DNA from: Frankiaceae bacterium
GTDB taxonomy: Bacteria; Actinomycetota; Actinomycetes; JADGOV01
Reading direction: 5' to 3'
DNA length: 42,555 nt
Assembly: GCA_040002735.1 (NCBI GenBank)
Contig: JBDUDX010000218.1
Span: forward strand, 1-42,555
Made by a program: the position numbers and the translations under genes. This document shows positions 36,164 to 42,555 of the stretch, piece by piece. How positions within the stretch are numbered: position 1 is the first letter of the stretch; each line of letters begins with the position of its first letter. Under the pieces are notes generated by a model, which had not been told where the DNA came from, ran no database searches, and saw nothing but the letters and a program-made list of their open reading frames with translations.

Positions 36164-36637
36164 TCACGCCGCCTCAGCGGCATTCTGCAAGGCAGCGATG
36201 TCCAACTTGCCCATCTGCATCATGGCGGCCATGACCTTCTGCGCCTTTTCCGGGTCGGGATTGCTGAGCAGCTCGGGTAGCACGGTGGGCACGACCTGCC
36301 ACGAAACCCCGTACCGATCCTTGAGCCAACCGCACGGCCCTTCCTCGCCACCAGCGGAGAGTCCATACCAGAACTTGTCGACTTCCTCCTGGTCCTTGCA
36401 GCTCACCTGGAAAGACACCGCTTCGGTGAAGTGGAACTCGGGGCCGCCGTTGAGTGCGAGAAACTCCTGTCCGTCAAGGGTGAAGTTGACCGTCAGGACC
36501 GTACCGGCCGGCTTCGGGCCGCCCTCCCCGTAATGCGACACCGCCAGAATCTCGGAGTTATCGAAGACGGAGATGTAGAAGCTGGCCGCCTCCTCGCCTT
36601 GGGTGTCGAACCACAAACATGGGGTGATCTTTTGCAT
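36164..36637 (-). CDS. PhnB/YecM-like VOC-fold protein (3-demethylubiquinone-9 3-methyltransferase domain family).
   Basis: Start at ATG 36637: MQKITPCLWFDTQGEEAASFYISVFDNSEILAVSHYGEGGPKPAGTVLTVNFTLDGQEFLALNGGPEFHFTEAVSFQVSCKDQEEVDKFWYGLSAGGEEGPCGWLKDRYGVSWQVVP. This is the characteristic PhnB-like sequence. The upstream part of the ORF-track ORF runs through the repeat array and is not counted. Confidence 0.7.
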   Translation of the reverse strand: MQKITPCLWFDTQGEEAASFYISVFDNSEILAVSHYGEGGPKPAGTVLTVNFTLDGQEFLALNGGPEFHFTEAVSFQVSCKDQEEVDKFWYGLSAGGEEGPCGWLKDRYGVSWQVVPTVLPELLSNPDPEKAQKVMAAMMQMGKLDIAALQNAAEAA

Positions 36638-36751
36638 GGTGCACCTCGTCCTTCTCGATGATGGTGCGGCGCGATGTGCCGACACCTTCCTGAGACGGTG
36701 CGGGCGGCGACAAGTCATCGGTGACCGCTCCGCCGGTGTCACCGGTCCGAC

Positions 36752-36873
36752 GCCGGCCGGTCCGTGGGGGTAGCCGGTCCGAGGCCGGCCGGTCCGTGGG
36801 GGTAGCCGGTCCGTGGGTGGCCTGTTCGGGGCCGGCCGGTCCGTGGGTGGCCTGTTCGGGGCCGGCCGGTCCG
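36752..36873. repeat. GC-rich tandem repeat array: two ~31-bp units (GCCGGCCGGTCCGTGGGGGTAGCCGGTCCGA) followed by two perfect 30-bp units (TGGGTGGCCTGTTCGGGGCCGGCCGGTCCG), sharing a GGCCGGCCGGTCCGT core.
   Basis: Read directly. It lies between the divergent PhnB-like gene and a degraded membrane-protein gene. It is contiguous with no unique spacers, so it is not a CRISPR array. Confidence 0.8.
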
Positions 36874-37111
36874 TAGGTAGCCAGGTCCGGGGCCGAACGA
36901 TCTCCTTGGCGCCGGGCGTTGTCGCCAGCACAGTCCAGTGGGGCCTCCGCGGGACAACGAGGTGAGCCAAGGAGATCGACAAGCCAACCGGTAGCCCGTA
37001 CACCGACAAACGCGTCGCATCGATCGACGACGGCAGCCGGTCCGGGACGATACCGACATGACTGACGGCCGGCCGCAGGGCCGTGGACACCGACCTCTAC
37101 TCAGCCAGGCG

Positions 37112-37676
37112 ATGTGGCGTTGGATCACAGTCGCAGTCTTTGTCGCCACTATCGGCCAGTTGCTCGTGGGCACCTTCGCGACTGCGCTGTCCCAGTTCGC
37201 CGGCAATGGCTTCGCCGGACGCCTGGTGGCATATCCGCTGCTCATGCTGGCTGTCCCCGCAGTCTGGGCGCTGCGCCGTCCACACCGGAATGCGGAGTCG
37301 TCGCTGCCCTGGGACGGCTTCGCGCTTCTGATGGCACCCGTTCCTCATCGACGTCACCGGCAACACGCTCAACTTGTACGACACCGTCACCTGGTGGGAC
37401 GACGTCAACCACTTGGCGAATTGGTTCCTACTCAGCGCGGGCATCGGACTGATGCTCCGACGTGCAGCCATCGAGCCACCGTGGGTTCTTGGCTTACTGA
37501 TCTGCGGAATCGGCGCCCTGCTCGCGGTGGCCTGCGAACTTGCCGAGTGGTACACCTTCATTCGGCACGGCACCGAACTCGACACCGCTTATCAGGACAC
37601 CCTGGGGGATGAATTCCTCGGCGTACTCGGGGCCACTTTCGCCGGATTGCTCACGGTCCGACGACGTGGGTCGTAA
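37112..37676 (+). pseudogene. Small integral membrane protein gene interrupted by a frameshift near 37325-37345.
   Basis: N-terminal frame: MWRWITVAVFVATIGQLLVGTFATALSQFAGNGFAGRLVAYPLLMLAVPAVWALRRPHRNAESSLPWDGFALL, then Arg/His-rich nonsense. A second frame continues after a TGA with HPFLIDVTGNTLNLYDTVTWWDDVNHLANWFLLSAGIGLMLRRAAIEPPWVLGLLICGIGALLAVACELAEWYTFIRHGTELDTAYQDTLGDEFLGVLGATFAGLLTV (hydrophobic helices). Confidence 0.45.
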
Positions 37677-37705
37677 GCGTTTGACGTTGACCGCCGACCG
37701 CGCCT

Positions 37706-38109
37706 TCAGATGGCGTACACGTCCAGAACAAGCTCCAACCCGCGGAAGTCCCGGGGATTGCGGGTCAACAGCGGCATCCCGTTCGCAGACGCTACTGACG
37801 CGATCTGTAGGTCCACCACCCTCCGCCTCGGTTGCCGGCTGGCGGCACGTACAGCGGCAACCACGCGACCAATGCGCGAGCGGCTTCGGTGTCGAAAGGC
37901 AGCGGATCGAAGGTGCCCTCCGCCCACTGCAGGCGCTGTTGGCGCGCTGCTCGCTCGGCCGGGTCGGTGGCGGCGTGTGGCCCGGCCGCAAGCTCGGCCA
38001 TCGTGAGGGCGCAGATGGACACCTCGGCCGGCAACCGTGCCGGATCGGTCAACTCGAAGTCGATGACGACGGAGGTGTCCAAGAGCGCGACCGCCAGTTC
38101 AGCCGTCAA
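37706..38109 (-). pseudogene. vapC: VapC (PIN-domain) toxin gene with an internal frameshift.
   Basis: N-terminal frame MTAELAVALLDTSVVIDFELTDPARLP...SICALTMAELAAGP...FDTEAARALVAW (PIN N-terminal Asp and Glu). C-terminal frame ...VAAVRAASRQPRRRVVDLQIASVASANGMPLLTRNPRDFRGLELVLDVYAI (PIN C-terminal D...TRN..DF). The frames switch near 37875-37890 with no homopolymer at the junction. Confidence 0.55.
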
Positions 38110-38347
38110 TGGACTGGTCCAGCGACTGGTCTATGTCGGCGCGGAAGCGCCCGGCGTGGATGGGGGGCAGGTTTCGCACCCCACGCAGCGCCTCGGCGGC
38201 GGGAACCGCCCTTCGCCGACGGAGCGGGCGAAGTTCAGCGGCTGGCACTCCATTGCGCGTGACGATGAACGTCTCCCCCGCCTCGACCGCGCGGAGCACG
38301 CCACCGCTGTCGTTGCGTAACTCCCGCTGGCTGAGGTTTCGGTCCAT
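38099..38347 (-). CDS. Phd/YefM-type antitoxin, partner of vapC.
   Basis: 82 aa MDRNLSQRELRNDSGGVLRAVEAGETFIVTRNGVPAAELRPL.... Overlaps the vapC start by 11 nt. Confidence 0.7.
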   Translation of the reverse strand: MDRNLSQRELRNDSGGVLRAVEAGETFIVTRNGVPAAELRPLRRRRAVPAAEALRGVRNLPPIHAGRFRADIDQSLDQSIDG

Positions 38348-38496
38348 CGTTCACCGTAGCACCAACGCTACGCGCGATCTGCCCCGAATCCGGGTCCTGT
38401 CGCGGGCGAACTTCTCCGCCTTTGTCGTAGCCCCGGCGTACGGTGGCGACGCCCTGGCCAGTATCGAAGAGGCCACCAGTCTCGAAGAGGTGTGGG

Positions 38497-41001
38497 ATGA
38501 CTGCAGCGGCGAACCAGTACACCGGCGGTGCCGACGTCGACGAGGACCTGCTGCGGCAGCGACTCGACGCGCTGAGCCTGGAGCAGAAGGTACGGCTGCT
38601 CACCGGCGCGGACTTCTGGGCTCTGCACCCCGAACCCGCGATCGGCCTCCGCCGGCTGGTCACCTCCGACGGACCGGCCGGCGTGCGCGGTGAGTTGTGG
38701 GAGGAGCGCGACCCATCGGCGAACGTACCCTCGCCGACCGCGCTCGCCGCCAGCTGGGATGAAGCCGGTGTGGAAGCCCTCGGCGCGCTGCTGGCCGCCG
38801 AGGCCCGGGGCAAGGGAGTGGACGTACTGCTGGCGCCGACCGTGAATCTGCACCGCTCCCCATTTGGTGGACGTCACTTCGAGTGCCTGTCTGAGGACCC
38901 ACTGCTCACCGGGCGGATCGGGGCTGCGTACGTCCGAGGCGTGCAGGGCGCCGGGGTGGCGGCCACCGTCAAGCACTATGTGGCCAACGACTCCGAAACC
39001 GAGCGGTTCACCCTCAACGCCCTCGTCGATGAGCGGGTGCTGCGGGAGTTGTACCTCGCGCCGTTCGAAGCCATCCTCCGCGAGGCCCCGATGTGGGCGG
39101 TGATGGCCGCCTACAACAGCGTCAACGGGCCCACCATGACCGAGTCACCGATGCTGCAGGACATCTTGAAGGAGGAGTGGGGCTTCGACGGGCTGGTCAT
39201 GTCCGACTGGTTCGCCGGTCGCTCGTTGGCTGCGGCGAACGCCGGCCTCGACCTGGTCATGCCGGGGCCGGGCGGTCCGTGGGGGGACGCCCTGGTCGCG
39301 GCGGTAGGAAGCGGCGACGTGCCGGCAGCCCGCCTGGATGACAAAGTCCTGCGGCTGCTGCGCCTCGCGGGCCGGGTGGGGGCCCTGGACGGCGTTCCGC
39401 CGGCTGCGCCGCTCGCCGAGCCACTGCCCGGGGGTCGGGTTTCCGCACATCTGCGCCAGACCGCCGCAGCCGGTTTCGTGCTGACCCGCAACGCTGAGGT
39501 GAACGGCGCGCCCGTGCTGCCGCTGGTCGCTCCGCGGCGGGTGGCCGTACTCGGCCCGAACGCCGCCCACGCCCGAACCCTCGGCGGCGGGTCCGCGGTG
39601 GTGTTTCCGCCGTACACGATCTCGCCGCTGGACGGCATCCGCGACGCGCTCGGCTCGGACGCCGAGGTGTGGCACGCGGAAGGCGTCCGCAGCACCGACC
39701 GGGTTCCGGCCTCGATCGAGCACCTGAGGCTGCCGGCGGGGAGCCAGCCGGGCGTGGAGGTACGGTTCCTGCACGCCGACGGCACGGAGTTGGGGCGGGA
39801 GAACCGGGCCGCCGCCAGCTTCAACTGGCTCGGCTCCGTACTGCCCGGCGTTCCGGTCGGCGCGGTCGCGGCGATCGAGGTGCACGCCAGCCTGGCAGCC
39901 GACTTCGAGAGCACGTACCTGGTCGGAGGCTCCGGCATCGGCCCGTTCCGCCTGACCGTCGACGGGGAGACGTTGTTCGACACGTTCCTTATACTGCCCG
40001 AGGGCGCCGACATGGTGGAGGGCATGATGCGGCCCCCGCAGCACATCGTTCCAGTGACCGTCGCCGGCGGCACTCCGGCGTCGGTCGTGCTGCGCTACGA
40101 GCCGGGACACACCCCCCCGATGGGCGACACCGAGTCGTCGCAGGCGAATTTCCAATTCAACGTGAGTCCGCAGCCGGGAGATGCTGACGCGGAGCTCGAC
40201 CGGGCGGTCGCCCTTGCGCGCGACGCCGACGTGGCGGTCGTGGTCGTCGGCACCACCGAAGAGGTGGAGAGTGAAGGCTTCGATCGCGATTCCCTGGCGT
40301 TGCCCGGCCGGCAGGACGAACTGGTGACCCGGGTCGCTGCGGTCAACCCGCACACCGTTGTGGTGGTAAACAGCGGGGCGCCCGTGCTCCTGCCATGGGC
40401 CGAGCAGGTACCGGCGATCCTGCTGTGCTGGTTCCCCGGTCAGGAGTTCGGCAACGCGCTCACCGACGTGCTGCTCGGCACAGTGGAACCCGGCGGGCGG
40501 CTGCCGACAACCTGGCCGGCCGCCGAGACCGGCCTGCCGTCGGTCACCCCGGTCGACGGCACCCTGCGGTACGACGAGGGCCTGTTCATCGGCTACCGCG
40601 GCTATCACCGGGACGACCGCCAGCCGCTGTACTGGTTCGGGCACGGCGTCGGCTACACGAACTGGGAGTACCTCAGCGCGGACGTAGCCGCCGAGGGCGG
40701 CGAGGTGAGCGTCACGGTCAAGGTCCGGAACACCGGTGGTCGCCGTGGCCGGGAGGTCGTTCAGGTGTACGCCGGCCGACCCGGTAGCGCGGTGGAACGT
40801 CCGGTCCGCTGGCTCGCCGGTTTCGCGGCCGTCGAGGCGGACCCCGGCGAAGCGGTGACGGCGACCGTCGCCATCGCCCGGCGGGCCTTCGAGCACTGGG
40901 GGGATGACGGCTGGGGTGTCGAACCGGGCGAGTTCCGGTTGGAGATCGGCCGTTCCGCAGGTGACCTGCCGCTGACCGCCGGTGTCGAGCCACCGCAATG
41001 A
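38497..41001 (+). CDS. Glycoside hydrolase family 3 beta-glucosidase (BglX-like).
   Basis: Start at ATG 38497 (MTAAANQYTGG...). GH3 N-terminal domain (...LLTGADFWALHPEPAIGLRRLVTSDGPAGVRG...GVDVLLAPTVNLHRSPFGGRHFECLSEDPLL...KHYVANDSE...) and catalytic-nucleophile region (GFDGLVMSDWFA), with C-terminal domains. Confidence 0.85.
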   Translation: MTAAANQYTGGADVDEDLLRQRLDALSLEQKVRLLTGADFWALHPEPAIGLRRLVTSDGPAGVRGELWEERDPSANVPSPTALAASWDEAGVEALGALLAAEARGKGVDVLLAPTVNLHRSPFGGRHFECLSEDPLLTGRIGAAYVRGVQGAGVAATVKHYVANDSETERFTLNALVDERVLRELYLAPFEAILREAPMWAVMAAYNSVNGPTMTESPMLQDILKEEWGFDGLVMSDWFAGRSLAAANAGLDLVMPGPGGPWGDALVAAVGSGDVPAARLDDKVLRLLRLAGRVGALDGVPPAAPLAEPLPGGRVSAHLRQTAAAGFVLTRNAEVNGAPVLPLVAPRRVAVLGPNAAHARTLGGGSAVVFPPYTISPLDGIRDALGSDAEVWHAEGVRSTDRVPASIEHLRLPAGSQPGVEVRFLHADGTELGRENRAAASFNWLGSVLPGVPVGAVAAIEVHASLAADFESTYLVGGSGIGPFRLTVDGETLFDTFLILPEGADMVEGMMRPPQHIVPVTVAGGTPASVVLRYEPGHTPPMGDTESSQANFQFNVSPQPGDADAELDRAVALARDADVAVVVVGTTEEVESEGFDRDSLALPGRQDELVTRVAAVNPHTVVVVNSGAPVLLPWAEQVPAILLCWFPGQEFGNALTDVLLGTVEPGGRLPTTWPAAETGLPSVTPVDGTLRYDEGLFIGYRGYHRDDRQPLYWFGHGVGYTNWEYLSADVAAEGGEVSVTVKVRNTGGRRGREVVQVYAGRPGSAVERPVRWLAGFAAVEADPGEAVTATVAIARRAFEHWGDDGWGVEPGEFRLEIGRSAGDLPLTAGVEPPQ

Positions 41002-41008
41002 GATGCGG

Positions 41009-42555
41009 CTAAGCAGCTGGGTCGGCCAGTTCAAAGATGCCGTAACCGAAAGCATCGGCGGACACGCTGGAGTCGGCGACGGTGACGCCGGAGACTTCCA
41101 GTCCACGGGCAGCGCGCACGCCCGGCATCGTGCACTGCGCCGGTGTTTGCCGCGGGTTCACCACCACCAGATGGCGGTCCCCGCGGGTATAGACAAGCGG
41201 GTACCCCTCCGATATCACGCGGGTCTGCGCGCAGGGACCCAGCGCCGGAATGCTTCTGCGCAGCGCGATCAATCGCCGCACCAGGTGCAGTGTTGAGGTT
41301 TCGTCCTCCCGTTGCGCGGCCACTGTCGGCCGGTCCGGGTTCGGGTCGATCGGCAGGTACAGCTCGCTGGCGGCTCCGGTCGAGAAGCCGGCGTTCGTGG
41401 TGTCGTCCCACTGCATCGGCGTCCGAACGCCGGCCCGGTTGTACGTCGGATGGCAGATGCTGCCTTCTTTGTCCGGCAGCCCGGGCAGGTAGCGCATTCC
41501 GATCTCGTCGCCGTAGTAGATCGAAGGCACGGAGCCCCAGGTGAGCAGAAACGTGAATGGCGCACCCAACTGCTCGGCAGTACGTGGCCCGCAACACAGC
41601 CGGGAAAAGTCGTGATCGGCGGTGGCCAGCAACACCAGGCGGTCGGCACCGTGTACGGCAACGTGGTCCGCCCAGGCGCGCAGGAACGTGACGGTGGTTC
41701 CCGCCCCGGCCGGGTCGAAGTAGCACGGCGCCGGGGGCACCCAGGGCAGGGTGCCGGCGCTGCCGTTGTTGAACAGGGAACTGTGCGGCTTCTCGATGAC
41801 GAGGAAGAAGTCGGCGGAGAACGCCGGGCCCCCTTCGGCCGCCGGCTCCGAGCCTTCCGGGAGAAGGACGGCTTCCGGGTAGGCCTCATCAAGCCAGGCC
41901 CGAAGCTCCTGCCACAACCCGACCGTCGCCGCGAATCCCGGATCGTCCTTCACCAACGAGAAGGCCATATCCACCCGGAACCCGGCCACGCCGCGATCCA
42001 GCCAGAAAGCCATGATCTCCCGGAGCGCAGCCCGGTTGGCGAGCGGGCCCGGGGCGTCCGCCGGCTGGCGCCATGGCTGAGAGCTGTCCGCTCGGGCGTA
42101 TCCGAAATTCAGCGCTGGTTGGGAGTCGTAGAAGTTCTTCCGGTAGTAACCGGGTCGGCTCCCCGGTGAGGGTACGAAGCGATCCCCCGGCCGGGCCGCC
42201 CAGATGTAACGGTCATCCGCCGGGTCGTTCGCGGCGACCTGGAACCACGGGTGATCACTGGAGGTGTGACCGGCGACCAGGTCGAGGAGCACCCGGATAC
42301 CCCGCTCATGGCAAGCATCAATCAGCGCGATCAGGTCGTCGTTCGTGCCGTACCGGGGCGCCACCCGCAGGTAGTCCGAGACGTCGTACCCGGCGTCCCG
42401 GAACGGCGAAGCGAAGCAGGGGTTGAACCAGATGGTGTTGATGCCCAGCCACTGCAGGTAATCGAGCCGAGCCGTCACACCCCGGAAGTCGCCGATGCCG
42501 TCCGCGTTGGAGTCGGCGAAGGACTGCGGATAGATCTCGTACACCACCGCCTCGG
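41009..42555 (-). CDS. GH13 alpha-amylase-family enzyme (alpha-glucosidase/trehalose-synthase-like). The 5' end lies beyond the window edge.
   Basis: ...GIGDFRGVTARLDYLQWLGINTIWFNPCFASPFRDAGYDVSDYLRVAPRYGT...GIRVLLDLVAGHTSSDHPWF...GFRVDMAFSL...YYGDEIGM... are GH13 conserved regions I-IV. The ORF runs to the window end without a start. Confidence 0.8.
   Translation of the reverse strand, partial: EAVVYEIYPQSFADSNADGIGDFRGVTARLDYLQWLGINTIWFNPCFASPFRDAGYDVSDYLRVAPRYGTNDDLIALIDACHERGIRVLLDLVAGHTSSDHPWFQVAANDPADDRYIWAARPGDRFVPSPGSRPGYYRKNFYDSQPALNFGYARADSSQPWRQPADAPGPLANRAALREIMAFWLDRGVAGFRVDMAFSLVKDDPGFAATVGLWQELRAWLDEAYPEAVLLPEGSEPAAEGGPAFSADFFLVIEKPHSSLFNNGSAGTLPWVPPAPCYFDPAGAGTTVTFLRAWADHVAVHGADRLVLLATADHDFSRLCCGPRTAEQLGAPFTFLLTWGSVPSIYYGDEIGMRYLPGLPDKEGSICHPTYNRAGVRTPMQWDDTTNAGFSTGAASELYLPIDPNPDRPTVAAQREDETSTLHLVRRLIALRRSIPALGPCAQTRVISEGYPLVYTRGDRHLVVVNPRQTPAQCTMPGVRAARGLEVSGVTVADSSVSADAFGYGIFELADPAA

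Noticed and set aside
36752-36873. Possible CRISPR array suggested by regular 30-bp repeats.
   Set aside because: The units are contiguous with no unique spacers and there are no cas genes. It is a minisatellite.

Overview
This is a very high-GC (about 70%) chromosomal segment, most likely from a high-GC actinobacterium. Gene content and local order echo the Mycobacterium metF/idsA2/Rv2175c/pknL/aroG neighbourhood. The window carries mostly core metabolism, with one accessory-looking stretch (about 33.3-38.4 kb). No rRNA, tRNA, CRISPR array, integrase or transposase was seen.

Main contents, in order:
1. Carotenoid cluster: a CrtI-family fragment, then crtE-crtI, an inserted AbiEi_4/DUF559 pseudogene, crtB, and two small lycopene-cyclase-domain genes that overlap thiE on the other strand.
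2. Thiamine genes: thiE on one strand and a TPP-riboswitch-controlled thiO-thiS-thiG operon on the other. Between them sit a GNAT gene, an Rv2175c-like gene and a three-gene oxidoreductase operon.
3. Cell-envelope and signalling genes: DUF2231-Rieske, LysM-lytic transglycosylase, a PknL-like PASTA Ser/Thr kinase followed 3 nt later by endonuclease IV.
4. Catabolic and housekeeping genes: class-III aminotransferase plus methylmalonate-semialdehyde dehydrogenase; flotillin with a small NfeD-like partner; a DMT transporter; a degraded P-loop kinase.
5. Aromatic and amino-acid metabolism: two DAHP synthases (type I-beta and class II), threonine aldolase, and a fused ECF-sigma/ZAS-anti-sigma membrane protein.
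6. Glycoside hydrolase genes GH15, GH3 and GH13 (partial).
7. Accessory stretch: YefM-YoeB, a VOC protein, an ECF41/SigJ-like sigma factor, a STAS protein, a PhnB-like protein, a GC-rich 30-bp tandem-repeat array, a frameshifted membrane-protein gene and a Phd-VapC module with a frameshifted vapC.

The most unusual sequence-level signals:
- A perfect 22-bp inverted repeat whose arms begin exactly at the two convergent stop codons after crtI.
- A G9/C9 homopolymer that frameshifts the DUF559 gene.
- CATG-overlapping divergent start codons.
- A hairpin followed by a T6 run 30 nt upstream of the aroF-type start.
- Stop-codon-containing CTGCGCTAGC repeats in a convergent spacer.
- Several in-gene and intergenic minisatellites.

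No single compelling novel system is proven here. The best candidates for follow-up are the sigma/anti-sigma fusion, the thiamine-embedded oxidoreductase operon, and the aroF leader.
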